DNA from: Takakia lepidozioides
Lineage: Eukaryota > Plantae > Bryophyta
Assembly (NCBI GenBank): GCA_030704615.1
Contig: CM060733.1
Span: 45,198,001 to 45,262,000 of the forward strand
DNA length: 64,000 nt
Direction of reading: 5' to 3'
Below are positions 24,099-37,668 of this stretch, one piece after another. Under the pieces are notes generated by a model. That model was not told the origin of the DNA. It was given only the letters and a program-made list of their open reading frames with translations, and did not search any database. The translations under genes were made by a program, and so were the position numbers. Each line of letters begins with the position of its first letter. The first letter of the stretch is position 1.

Positions 24099-27000
24099 TC
24101 ACTTGTGATACAAGAACACAATGCTGAAAACAAAAAACGCCGTCATCTGCACAACACCAACACAAGAAGGTAGTTGAGAAGCGGCTATGTGAAAACCTTT
24201 GCTTTCTTTCCAACGTTATGAACAGTTCTGTAGGTTGAGCTCCTTTACAAAAGAGCTAATAATTGAGAAGTAGGGAGGGGGTGTGAGGATCTGAAAACAT
24301 GACTGAATACATGTGGCTGCCTTCATCATTCCAAGAATTCAGGACCCAAGCAAATCTGAGAATGTCAAGTAACAGCAAAAGAACTCAATCCAGACTAACA
24401 TAATGGAAACCGGGGAGTGAGGAGGACAGACCGTTGAGAAAGCACCACCATAGTACGGGAATGCTGCTGGTATGAATCTTTCATATTCATTATGCCGGAA
24501 AGGCCTCACTGGAATCTGCATCCAGTCATAAACATGCTTCAGTTGCCTGAGCGGTGTGTCACTCACCGTGCAATCACAGCCACATGTGTTAAATCAAAAA
24601 TTTGCTGGTATGTCCATACCAGCAATCCCCTGTGACCAGATGATGGGCTGTACACAAGCTCTAAAGCAGCTTTGGACTCACCTTCAATACCCTGGTGGTA
24701 GAAACCCAACAGCAGGGCTGTGCAATGGTGGATATTTGTGCGCACTCCTCAAGGGTATGACATCACCAACTTCCCAATGACATGACTACATCTTTTTCAG
24801 ATTCCACAATGCAATGTAGAAGAAAACGCAAGTGTCTGGAGACATGTTTCACAGACAATGCAGTAATCAACCTTGGCTGCAAACCAGAGGGAAAAAGTGC
24901 TCTACCTGTTTGCTAAGAGTAAGGCTGGTGTAGCCAAGTCGCCGGTACTCAACTTTGAACTGGAATACACCGTACACATCTGGGACTTGAAATGATGTAG
25001 AATACAGGCCCTATCCATTGTCCCCACAATTGCAGAGGCATCAACAAATTTGAGTCCCAGCTTTGCTGGCCATCCCATTCTGACTTGTTTAACAAAAAAC
25101 TCAAAAAATTTATGTGCAGCTACTAAGATCACTTCTTCAGTACCCTAAATCTCTCATGATGCAATTTCCATGGAGCTAACATGTGAAGACGAGCAGCATC
25201 AAGTGCCTAAAATCCCTTCATAGAACCACCCAGAAGTGAATTGGGTTTTCAAACCACCACACACCCACCCAAAATCTCATAGTTGTAGCTATAAGCTAAT
25301 CACAACTTCTTGGCCTGGCATTTTACAACTCTGGAACTAGGAACTGGTGCCAAATACAGGATTTCCAGACTGTTTTACACTCTGCTGACAGATATGTTAA
25401 ATTAGAAAACATAAATAAATACATAGAAGCCTCATACACACCCATGCAGAACCAGGTTGACCACTAGGTAGATTGAATAATGGCAAATGAGGGTGGAGGT
25501 TTCAATTTTGAGTCATTGGTCCGTAAGACCATCATCACCATTTGTACATAACGGGCTTCAGCATTTGAAGGTGGCAGCATCTCACCTTTCCATCATGAGA
25601 AAGAGTCTTGAGAACGTAGGGGCTCATCATGTAAAATTGAACCTGTACGTCATCAGCCTCGTATGGCTGCCATTCCGTTCCAGTCCATTCATGTATCTCC
25701 ACCGAGTACTCCTGGGTCACAGATCAATGTGGATACGATTCAACTCACAATGTTTCTTGTGGAAGTCAGCAACCGTTTACCTAGATGCCTATAAACCCAG
25801 TCAATACTTTTGAGCTCAGACATGTTAAGGGGACATACGATAAGCAAACATCACACCAATCATGCATACATCATTGTGTTTATGAAAACCTATGCACACA
25901 GGTGAGGCAGAAGAAGCCACTTAAGTGGTACTGCCTTGCCATTACGGAGTCTTCGCTGCCACAGGCAAACTAATCAGGTAGGTGACAATGCCAATGGGCA
26001 ACCGCCATAGGTTCCTCACATTCATGACATCCCATTCACATGATTGAACTGTGATTCAAACAGACAAAGGATGAACAGAAAGGGAGGGCCATGGACTGTG
26101 GACAGGGGGAGAGTACCTCCTCTGTCTCTCTGTCAAGAATGCAAGAAAAGCATAGAAGGGTTATACCAATGACATGTCTAGAGTCTCAACAGGAAGCATA
26201 CCACTTGATCAGTAATCCGGTACATGGGGGGAGCATTAGTCTCTCCAATCTTGTGGTGCTGCACATCCACAGCCTGTCCATCCGTCCCCACAGCGCGGAT
26301 GTCCAACAAATTGGGTGCGATTTTTGCAACAACGACTAAATCAAGCCACCCAGACTTAGGGGCTCTCTTAGTGCTCTTACCAGGCCCATGTGGAAGTCCT
26401 ACATCGACCGATTGAAGCACAACTTCAGAGAGGGATACAGACGGGGATCGGCAGCATTCTACGTCTCCATTGAGAATGACCAGGGTGTCACAAGGGGCCC
26501 CACTGCAGAGGAGCTTCAGAATTGGAGCCCCCACTGCACACTGTAAATGCCGAGTTTGAAGCCTCTCTGAAGACTAATCCCACATTCGCACACATGGCAG
26601 GGAAGATGTTCTTCGTCTGGGATGGGAACGACAGGAAGTTTGTCTGGACAGAGTAACATAGCTGAAATGCATCCGCAAGATATCGACTGGCATTACATGG
26701 TGGACTGCATTGTCGTGAAGGTGGACGTGAGGGACAGACGACTGCTGAAGGGTGCCATGGCGGGTATAAATCTGTAAGTACACTACTATATCCTTGTGTA
26801 GTGCCTATTGCAGCGCCGAAATAGGCAATGATCTTGACTGTCACCCACTGTTTGAACTGGAAATTGGATTGCTGTGCTGAAATCTGGAAAAGTATTGGTG
26901 ACCAAAACATGCCAGCATATGGACTAAATGGCCAGGGAAAAAGAACTAGACAAGGGCGAGAAGCCAAAGGTGGAGCAGTAAAATCAAAATAGTGCAAGAA

Positions 27001-30000
27001 CCACCAAGGGACAGAGATCTAGGGAGATGAAACATCTGCCAGGAGATTCAGATTTATGCACCTTAAGGTGACCACGCTCATGGAATGTCCATTTGCTCAG
27101 CTCCACTGCAAACTGCTCATTTCCAGCTTTGGAATGTCTGGTCACACCAAGGAGTCAGCTTTCATTCAGTTCTGGTTTTAATGGCAAGAGAAGATGCACA
27201 CCAACTTATCCCTCTGATTAGAATAAAACAGGGTCCCCTTCAGGCATCTGCGAGCTTCCTTTCCCAACACAAGATATCAATTGTCCCTATCTGGCCGGAG
27301 TACGCAAAGATACATGACCATAAACCGCAGTGAGTGAGAACTTGCAGTGTGCAATAATACATACCTGGATTCACTGCCAAATTTTTCAACCGCGGATCTG
27401 AAGAACCTGAGCATATAGATTGGATTTTGTTAGAGGACTCCATAATCAATCTCCAGAAGTGAAGCAGCACTGGAACTGAAGTGCAATGCAAAAAGAGTAA
27501 GACTGCAAATTCAATCAAAGCAAGAAATGACAGGGAGAAATGGAAAAGTTTGACTTGAACTAATGATAACTAAAGGAGTAATAGTCTGAAATATTGGCCA
27601 ACCCAGCCAGGAAGAAGAAAAGGGAAAGAGAGAGAAAGACGGAAAAAGAAACTGTACAACGCCACGGGGGGTGCCTGAGGACCCATGGAACAAAGTAGAA
27701 CAGTAAGAATCCCCTTCAGAAAGAAACTTTATAACGTCCATGGGAGGTCCTCCAGTGGGAGAGAGAGAGAGACATACTTGTCACTAAACAGCTCCAATGA
27801 TCCAGAGATCAAAATTCGGGCATTATTCCTAGCCTGCAAATGCGCAGGAGTTAGAATCATGTTTGGCATCCCAGCATCCATTTTCATTTTGTCCTTCCAC
27901 TTCACTACCCCATTATTTTTTCATACAAGCTAAAAAAGAGCATGATTCTAGCATAAAAACCAGTTCATGGTGATCTCAAGCAAGAGGTTTCTTGTGCACT
28001 GCGCGAACATCCAGAAACATCCAAATTACTGCCCAAAGAAGCTGTCAGTGATGGAACAGATGATGAAGAGTCTCATATCAACTTCAAGTACTGGGACTGA
28101 AATCGTGAGTGTACCTGGACAACCGAGACCAGGGCTATGGAGGTGCCAGTGAGAGCAGGTACAGCAAGCAAATCTGTGTTGGGATTTGCGGAGAATGCTG
28201 ACTGGGATGCTGATAGGACCTTCACCACCTATCCAAAATGGCAGCCATGAATGTTAACACTTCCCAAGGAGCTATGCAAGTAGCAATCCCAAGAATACAA
28301 CTAACCCAACTTTGCTGCTGTCTTGCATAGATCTTGTCACTATAATGTACTCATAAGACCTTGTTTACGGTAGCCTTGTGGCAACAAAACGTGCACCCAG
28401 TCTGGGCAGAACAAGAGGGAACAGACACTACCTTTGTGAGGGGCTCACTCCAGCAGCAGGACTTACATTGGTATGAACAACTGGTTTTGGGCTTTCCAGA
28501 CTTCCTCTAGAAAGCCCCTCACACAAGCATCAATCTGCTGTTGAAACCATAACCATGTTTAACTTGGTTTGTTTGGACATTATTTGTGCTTCCAACATGG
28601 CCTTAAAGACACTTCAGCATCCAAGTCACCTTCATCTAGCAGGGTCAGTTCTTCCTGCCTAATATACAGGTACTTGAAAATATCCTCTACCTTTCTCCGC
28701 CAGCACTAACCCTGTTGAACAGGATGATCTTGCTTCAAAGAAAGAGTCTGTAGGGTATCTCTATCAAGCATACGATTGAACTGACCCCACATAATTACAC
28801 ATTCCCCTGGAAAAGTTTATGTTGCTTGACAAATTCAACCTAGAGAAGTGCAAATTGCATCAAACTGTGAAAATTAAAAGGGTTAAAAGTTGAAAGAACA
28901 GTAGTGCTGCACTCACCAGCTCACTTGCAGGGTTCACAGCATGCGCAATACCACGAAACAAAACAGGGGCCTGAATTTTCAAAAAAATGACATTAGTTAT
29001 ATCAGCTGCAAAGGGAGAAAGAGAGTGAACTCAAGACGATGTTCGCCATAGCCCCTTAAAGGAGGAAAGACGGTGAGAAACGAAAGAAAAGAAGTTTAAC
29101 CCCAGCTCGTTGATCTCACCGCCCAGAGGGCCTTCAAACAGCAACTACATACAGAGAGGGATGTACCTCATTAGACCTTGAAGTGGCCTTGTGGCTAGGG
29201 CCTCCTTTGGACAAAAATTGCTTTACCATTATTATTCTGCAATTATTTACGGAAAACCTACCTATGTATCAAGGGATTGTAGGTTTAGAGGAAGACCTGT
29301 ACCTGAATGTTATTGGAGCCCAAGATAACAGGGGCATCAACAAAGGAGTCTGCAGCAATCAGAGAATGGTCACTCTCAGTCTGCGAGACTGAAAAATTCA
29401 TATGGTCTATCACCACTGCCTCTGGCTCCTGCCCCCACCCCAGACATATCCCATTTAGCCATATCCACGGTGTTCAAGGACAACTAGTATACATATGGTT
29501 AGAAACTAAATAAAAGGTTGTTTGACAAAGACTTCATATATGAAATGCCATTCTGTCATGCTGACCTCGTCAAAATCAGCCCCACATTCAGTGGCAATAT
29601 CACGGATGACATCAGATGTGGAGGTGTCGGCTGCCAAAATGAGATCATGGCCAGCATCTATAAAATCCAGTACCGCTGCTACATCCAACGTGCCTCCTAG
29701 ACCTGCAAATGGAACATTTACGTATCAAAATATTGGACTGGTGCACAAGTTGGCATAGTGTCAGAACACCATAAGAATTTGTTTTTTTGTTTCTTGGTCA
29801 TCTCGTAAGTCTATGTATGTGAGACACTCTATCTGCGTGAGAGCTTAGTAAACTTCATGCTTATCATAACAAAACAAGGAACTATGGGCCATTCAGCTAG
29901 GTTCAAGCTGTTGTGATTCAGATTGCTGTAGGCCTGCAATTTGCTGAACTTTCTCACTGGTCAGCAGGAGAGAGAGGGGTAGGCTTCACTGCAAAGATCT

Positions 30001-30992
30001 AGAAGGAGAGGGTCTCGGTTTCATTCAATACCAGTTGTGTCTCAAAACTACTATTCAGCAGGTGACCTACCATCCTCTTCAACTGCATTTTGCCTTCAGT
30101 CCAGAAAAATTATGATAATTACAAGACAGTAGTAGGTGCTGCAAGGGATAGACACGTACTTTCGACAGAAGGGGCAAACAATATGAGGGCGTCGTACAAG
30201 AACTCTCCGTACCGCTGTAAGGCCAGCTTTGGATCATCGGCCAGCTTGAATGCAAGCTCATAGCCTCTATCTGCTTCCACCACGCAGACGACGAAAACAC
30301 CAAGTCAGCTATAATTTGAATCAGTTGATTACTACGAGGGAATTGACAACAGTCACGATCCTTGGTCCACGGGTTAAAACTGAAGTAACTAGGCACAGCA
30401 ACGACCTCCTTTCTTCTGTATATAACGATTTCTATTCACCATTCTCTTGCTGACATCAAGCGCCTCTTGCAACCCGTGGAATGTCAGTACCTTGTTGGAA
30501 GACAGACCTAAAATTAGTGTCAAAACCGAGGTATTAGTGTCAAAACTGAGCCGGCGCATCCATGATTGGACACGATAGAACGTGGATTAAAAAGGCCCGA
30601 GCTTACGCTTGATCCCTTTCCCTTCATCGTGCATTGTGTGACAGACAAGATCATGATCCGTAGATCGAAGTCAGCTTACGCTCACCAGCTGCACCACTAT
30701 ACACAGCTGATCCTGATCCGGCATTTTCAGAAAAACAAGTGACCACGATTGATAAGATAACATTTCAGTTTGGTGCGAGGGAGTGTGAGGCTTCAGAAAA
30801 CCAGCGAGGTAGGCGCGAAAGCGGGAAACCTGACAGTGACTTGAAGAATATGGAATGCGACGACTTGATCGAAAGATCATCCAAAAGAACCAGTATACGC
30901 TGATCGGTGGGACGATCCTGCGAGAATCCGGAGCATAAAAAAGGCCCGAGAAGGAGGCAGAGTAGCGCGAGCCAGGCCGAGGTGATCGCCAT
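24099..30992 (-). CDS. DGL1: Oligosaccharyltransferase 48 kDa subunit (OST48/WBP1/DDOST)
   Basis: ~14 GT-AG exons: signal peptide MAITSAWL..., [106 protein letters not shown], terminal exon [15 protein letters not shown] (24146-24099). Confidence 0.97.
26382..26773 (+). pseudogene. Relic exon of the transposon ParB-like (WDGNxR) gene inside an OST48 intron
   Basis: [29 protein letters not shown]...[12 protein letters not shown]...WHYMV...GAMAGINL|GTAAGT aligns with 56715..57295 and 60697..61220, with the same phase-2 donor. Confidence 0.85.
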
Positions 30993-31630
30993 CGCCGCTC
31001 CCTTGTACTCCCGCTACTCCTCCTTCTTCCTTTAGGGCTCCTTCGTAATACTAGGGACTAAAATTCACACGGGAAAATCTTCATCGAAAACTTATTATTA
31101 TCCCATAACACTGCAACTTACTTACTCCGACGGGCTCCCTTTTATGCATTTAGCGAAAAATATATGAATTAAAAAAAAAAGCCTCTAAACATACGATACA
31201 CAACTTTCAGACAAAAATGGGCTCCGTCCTCCTTCAGAGAAAAAGCCCAACCATCAAAGTTCGTCCGAACTCAACGCTTGTAAGGAGATTGGATTCTTCA
31301 GTTTCTCGAGTCATACGGACATAGATAGGGGAAGTAGATGCTTGCAATTTGTTCTTCGCGTGAGCTCTTTCCGTCTTCCTCGTAATTCTTGACAGGTAGG
31401 AATTGCGCATTGCATGTCTCGTTTTCATACTTGTTTCCTGATTTGCTTGCTGAAGCTTATTTGTCCCCGCTGTTCATCCCCTTCGTTGCTTTACTCTCTT
31501 CGCAAAATATAATCTAGGGAGAGGAAGAGGAATAACCCCTTCTAGACATGAGTCTTGCTCCAAAGTGTATTAAAAATATAATGAACAAAGATTTCTAAAC
31601 TTCAATGGCTTTCATGCCAATCCAAGTCAT

Positions 31631-32000
31631 TGTTGCAATGAACATATCCATGAACCTTATGTGGGAATGTGTGTCACGGAGTCACACTAGGCCTTCTTCT
31701 CTCTTTGGCTCCCTGGTACTATGTGATTGATGAATTTGAAGCTTATGTAGATTTCTAATGTGGGTAGGGTTTGTGTTCTGTGACATAATTCGGCGCATTA
31801 TGGTTCTTGTAGTGGTGGTGAGCTTGGGGTTTGCACACTAGGTGAAAGTAAGAGGAGCAAGGCAAGTCGAATTTTGCTTCCAGGTCTTGACAATGCCCAT
31901 TACAATTTGTCTGCTGCGTCCGGGGCCCCCCTACTCTACGGTACAATAACTTTAGAACCTTAGCTCTGGTTTGGATTTTAGTTTAGGTATCATTGCAACA
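31631..32000. mobile_element. Solo-LTR-like element (370 bp)
   Basis: 11-bp terminal inverted repeats TGTTGCAATGA ... TCATTGCAACA; no TSD seen. Confidence 0.6.
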
Positions 32001-35000
32001 TTGTCTGTTAGGAGGTAGGAGGTAGGAAGTAGGAGATAGGAGGAAACTCTACGTGCAGAGAGAACATGTATTATCCTATCAAAATTGTCGTGCGCATATG
32101 TATCGCTACACAACTACATCGTTGTCCAAACTACACCACACATATATGCACAATAAAGTAGTCTGCCACAATCGCCCCCCTAGCTGGTGGATAGGTCCAT
32201 CTAACTCCAGATAGCTACAAGATGTAATAGCCACAGCCGTACTAAGTCCTCTATCACTGTCCCTATTGTACTCAAACTCTATAGACCAAGAGGCCGGGTA
32301 CAAGAATAGCCCCATCGTTAGTCGCCGTCTTGCAATCTGTGAATTTGAGCCAGAATCTCGTGTGTTCAAGGTCTCATAGTAGCTTGGCCTAGTATTTCTT
32401 GTTAGTCTCCCATGGTTGTATCCACTCCCACTATCCAATGTAATGCGGACATAACCAATCCCCATCAGGAACCATCTCAAGAGGTGGAGTCAAGCATCCC
32501 ATATGCCAATCTCTAGAGCATCGATCACACACCAGCATGGTGGCTGCCCTTTTAGCAGACCCACACAACATACACCTCAAACTTGTAGGTACCACTGTCA
32601 GGTTTGGGTCAATCCTGCCATCGACATTCGGAAGGTAACATGACGCACAATTACGCACATGGTCCTTCCAAGTTATGTCATCCCGCCCCTCTAAGATCAA
32701 GACGTCTGAGGGCAAGACCTCTCGAACCCTCAAAATAATACGTCCTGCAGTCACATCCAAGGTCGGGAGCAGTCTGCTGCAGATAAACATAGTCACCAGG
32801 GTTAAATCTCCGAACCCTAGGACGATAGCCCCCACCACGTATGGTAGCATATCTCAACGTATCACGATGTTATGCAATGGCAAGGTTCTCGAAAACCATG
32901 GGCATGACTTTCTTGAACAACTCTGCACGTTGATCACATGCACGTGCCCACACGTCCGGATCGTCAAGGTTAAGAACTGTAGCAGCTTCTCTGGGAATGG
33001 ATGTAGGCAAATCTGGCTCTCGGCCAAAGAGAAGAAAGTATGGTGAGAAGGAGGCAAGTGATGCTTGCTTACTGAACCTGTAGCCCATGGCTAACCAGGG
33101 TAACTGAAGGTCTCAATCTCCTAGGTGTCCCTTCTGCAAGCCATACTTGCGCAAACCCATCTTTACTGTCTGAACAACCCTCTCTGGCAAGCCATCGGCC
33201 TCAGGATGATCCCGAGAAGTGGTGCGGTGGTCTACCAAGGCCTTGTCACACAAAGCCTGAAACTCCCCCCAAGAACTCTCTCCCTTGGCCGTGAGTACCT
33301 CAGCTGGAGCACCGAATCGGCTAAGTACACAATCCAAGAATGCATACGCAGCTCCCTCACTAGTCTTATCAGGCAATGGAACCAACTCGATCCACTTGGA
33401 GAAGTGTTTCACCATCACCAACACGTACTTGTTGTGGCGCATGGTCAGTGGCAACGGCCCTGCGAAGTCAAGACTCCACCTGTAGCCCAATCCCATGATC
33501 GGAAGAGGGTGCAATTGTGGAGTAAGGGCGTTGAATGAAGCACGCACCTTGCCATACACCATGCACCTAGCCACAAATTGTTGCACTTCTGTGTGCATAC
33601 CACGCCACCAATACTGCCCATGCAGTAAACTATGAGTGCGTCGCACCCCAAAATGCACCAACTCCTCATGGGCATGCCGCACTAACCGTGCCCGCTGTGC
33701 TGGGTGAGGCACAATCCTCACTCGACCATCCTCCCACACTCGGAGCAGGTGTGTCTCCTCCCACTTGAACCTCTTGGCTCGTTATAGGATCCGATCCCTT
33801 TCCTTGGTAGTCACAGTGGTTGTCGTGTCTCCAGTGCGGAGGTAGTCCAACACAGCTGAATCCTCATGTATATCTTTGGCGCCACCTTGCTCATTGCTGG
33901 CCTCAGGGTCCTCAGACACTTGATCTACAGTCATCCCTGTTGCAGGTCCACCTGGCCTTCTACTGCCAAGATACACAGAAATGCAGATGCATGCCATCCG
34001 GGCACCATCTCCTCGTCCGTCTCACCATGCCACCGAGCTCCAGTGTCATCCTGCTGGCTTGTGCATGGATTGCGACTCAACCCATCTGCATCCCAATTGA
34101 CCAAACCCGGTCGATGCACAACCTGAAAGTCATACTCTTGAAGGATGAGTGCTTACCGTGCAAGCTTCCCTGTAAGCTTGTCTGATTCCATCAATCACTT
34201 GAGTGGTTGGTGATCCGTGACAAGGGTGAAGATATTGTCGTATAGATAGCACCTGAAGTGTGCCACGGCCCACACTGCAGCTAAGCATTCTCCCTCATAT
34301 GAGCTATACTTAGACTCTGCAGCGTTGTTCGAGCATAAGCCATTACAAACTCTCTTCCCTCATCATCCACCTATGTGAGCACCACTCCAAGCCCCAGCAT
34401 GTTCCAATCTGTATACAGCTGAAAAGGACACCCCCTGATAGGTCGTCTCAAGATGGGCGCCGAGGTCATCCTCGCCTTGAGCTCTTGAAAAGCTTGTTCT
34501 TGCTCATCTTCCCACTGCCACTCCTGGTCCACCTTGGTCAGTTTGATTAGAGCTTTTGCAATGGCACTAAATCCCTTAACAAACCGTCTATAATAGTTTG
34601 TTAACCCAATGCAAGCCAGAACTAGGCTCACATCTGTGGGGCGTGGAATCTGTGCAATGGCCTCTACCTTAGTTTGTTGTACCCCCAATCCTCTATGATA
34701 TATCATGTGACCCAGATACTCAATTTGGTTGTGGAAAAACTTGCACTTCCCCGGATGTAACTTCAATCTGTGCGCCCTCAAGCGCTCAAATACCACCTGA
34801 AGGTGTCTCTCATGCTCCTCCACCGTAGCACTAAAGATGATGATGTCATCTATGTAGCACCGAGCAAACTCCACCCCTGCTAGAATCCTGTCCATGACTC
34901 TCTGAAACTCTGTCGGAGCGTTCTTAAGCCCAAATGGTAAGAACCGCCACTAGTATAGGCAATCCTTCCCGTGCTCATTGATCCCCCAGAATGTCTTCTG

Positions 35001-36019
35001 CTTATCTGCCTCCTTGATCGGCAACTGGTGATATCCGGATCGTAAATCCAAAGTGCTAAAGACCTTGGCATGCCCAATGGCATCAAAGATCTCCTCAGGT
35101 GTCGGCATGGCATACCTATCGGACTTGGTCTGACGATTTACATGCCGGTAATCACCGCACATACGTCTCTCCGTCCAATTGTCATAGACATCCTTCTTGG
35201 CTAGCATCACTGTGGTTGAAGCATACTCTCCCCCAGATAGCTCCACCAAACCAGCCTCCCAAAGGTCCTGAGTTCTCATATGAATCAAGGACCTCTTCAT
35301 GTCACTGTATCTATAAGATCTTCGAATGATTGGCGTGTCAGTAGCCAATTCAATGCGAATTTCTTGACCTTTCAGTGCTCCTAAGTCCTTCAAACTGAAG
35401 GCAAAGCAGTTCCTGTAAGCCCTCAAGAACCGTCGTATACGTCGTATCTCACCTCCGGTGACTATAGGTCCAACATCAGGCTCCCAGTTGTCCTCCGTGA
35501 CTGCAACCTTGAGTCCAGCAGGCTTAGAGGTAGAAGACGCGTCCCGTGGTTGCTATGCTGCAACCTCTTGAGTAGTGACCACTGCCTCCTCTATCAGTGA
35601 CAATGTCTCATCCTGCCCCATCATCCTATCCTTGAGGACCTCCTCACCCAAGAAAAATCCCCAACCTCATCCATCACCGCCGCCTTGGCTGCCAACTCCT
35701 TCTGAACCTCGAGCACTTCCCACGTGTGCCATGGATGCGGCCTACACCTCGTGGTCCTCACCTGTTCGCCCCCACTCGTTGCATGTACCGTCTCGGTAGG
35801 CAGGGAGACCCTCAAGGGAAGTGTACTTCATACTCTACGTTGCTCAGCCATAGCTAAGCTGATAATCCAGGTCAAGCAATTGAGGTCCATTGCTTGCCCC
35901 AACACCTGACGACGTGATGCCTCAGAAACAGATGGCACCGTCATGGTACCAGTGGTAAAACCCATCGCCCGCTCGCGCTCGTCAGCATTGGGCTCCACTA
36001 ATTGCTGCAACTGGCTATC
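32001..36019 (-). mobile_element. Ty3/gypsy DNMT retrotransposon, copy 2 (3' half: MTase end-RT-RH-IN-PHD-PPT-partial 3' LTR)
   Basis: MTase IX-X at 35828-36019; [23 protein letters not shown] (34371-35426); RNase H ([13 protein letters not shown] region); integrase H..HFG..C, WSLDFAGP, ERVVQTVK; PPT AGGGGGGCGAT at 32181-32171 followed by LTR start TGTGGCAG at 32170. Confidence 0.92.
32440..32580 (-). pseudogene. PHD finger at integrase C-terminus
   Basis: CMLC...MLVCDRC...WHMGCLTPPLEMVPDGDWLCPHY: C4HC3 pattern with last Cys mutated to Tyr. Confidence 0.9.
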
Positions 36020-37169
36020 TGTCGCACACCTCACTTCGGTAAGATCCCCTTCAAGTCATAGTTACTCACTTTGATGTGCGCGCCTAACTCCCAACCTGGC
36101 TGCTGAGCCAACTTGGAGCTTCAGCTGCTCACCGGGACATAACGGTCCCCCTTTTCTCTTCCACTAGACCCTCCACCAATTTGGGCCTAGTGGAAATTCC
36201 CTTTGGTAGATGGCAGTCCGGAATAGCTCCCCACTCTTTGGTCGCTTTCCGGCTCACTCGCTTACTCACTAGTTTTTGGTCACCAATGGGCTTCCACCAT
36301 TCTTGGGGTTACTACTCCCTATATATACTTCTATGACTGTCCGCGGGGGTTTCACAAACAACCATGCCATTTTATGGCGAACCACCACGAAGACCCTCGA
36401 CTTCCGGTGATGAGTCGCGGTGAGTCTTGGCCCACCCACCACATCCCCATTGGGTTGTGATGAGTCCCAAGACTCCCCACGACTCTCACCACGAGGTCTC
36501 CGCCCCAAGGTGAGTCCTATGCCACCCCCACTAAGTCCCGCTAAGCTACCACCGCCTCCTTGAGTACCTTGGGCACTCAAGGGTGCTTCAGCCCCCCGTA
36601 CCTATCGCTGCCACTGCCCCCACAACAAGGGCAGCCCCTCTTGTGTCCCGACCCCCTGCCCTCAAGGCAAAGGGCCGCGACACACACCCCTACCAACAGG
36701 GAGTCGATGTCCTCATCGACTTGTCCATTTTGTAGAAACAAACATCCAAGTTGTGGCGTCCCACATCAAGGAGTTTGTTTCCGTACCATGGCGTCCCATG
36801 GCAAAGAACCAAACCCCACACTTGACTCTACTCTCCACTAGCTAGTTCGGCCGACTTCCTCCAAGTCCCGGCCAAGGGTGGAGCCTTGCAAGCTCCTCCC
36901 AGTGCACTCTTCTTGGTCTACTTCAAGGCCAAGGAACGATCCTCCCCGAGGATCGAATCGCCTTATTGCAACAACATTGCTTGCGACCGCTCATGATGCC
37001 GCTTTTGGCATCACCTCGAGCAAGGGTTCATCTCGAACCCTCTTTGACTAGGAAGATAACCTTGAACCAATCGTGCGCCCCAATCACTACAATTGGGTCC
37101 GCCTTGGAATGTTGGCCTGAGGTACGGGAACACGCCGAAGCCGCACTACGACTTCGTCCCGATGCTACA
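36020..37169. mobile_element. LTR (~1.15 kb) inserted into the MTase domain of copy 2
   Basis: TGTCGCA...TGCTACA ends; CCTATATATAC TATA-like box ~36319; no TSD. Confidence 0.6.
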
Positions 37170-37179
37170 TGATTATAGT

Positions 37180-37668
37180 ACACAGAAGGTCCGACATCGG
37201 CGCCGCGATCTTGGCGAAATTTCTCACATACTTTCGGTAATAGGGGGCGAGTCCTAGGAAGGATCGCACTCCCGAGACCGAAGTTGGAGGCTCCCAGTCC
37301 AAGATCGCCCTCACCTTTCTGTCATCCATTTTGATCCCATCCTGTGTAATCACATGCCCCAGGAACTCCACTTTTGTGACCCCGAATTCGCACTTTGAAG
37401 CTTTGGCATACAGCTTCCATTCCCGCAATTTCTGGAACACCCTTTTGAGGTGCTCCAGGTGCTCATCATTTGTTTTCGAGTACACCAAGATGTCGTCGAT
37501 GTACACGATCACAAAGTCATCCAACCACTCTTGGAAAAGGCTGTTCATCAGCGTGCTAAAGGTCGCGGGTGCATTGGTGAGCCCAAAAGGCATCACCAAG
37601 AACTCATTTGAACCATACCTTGTCCTGCACGCGGTCTTGTCCTCATCTCCTTCCGCCACTCGAATTTG
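37180..37668 (-). pseudogene. Ty3/gypsy RT fragment (same family as 45165-47105)
   Basis: [22 protein letters not shown]; near-identical to ~45265-45750 in inverted orientation. Confidence 0.9.

Noticed and set aside
4096-36019. Copies 1 and 2 as two halves of a single broken insertion
   Set aside because: They overlap by ~550 bp with scattered mismatches, which fits independent insertions better.
36020-37169. Clean solo LTR with TSD
   Set aside because: Flanks CTATC and TGATT differ, so one side has been rearranged or deleted.
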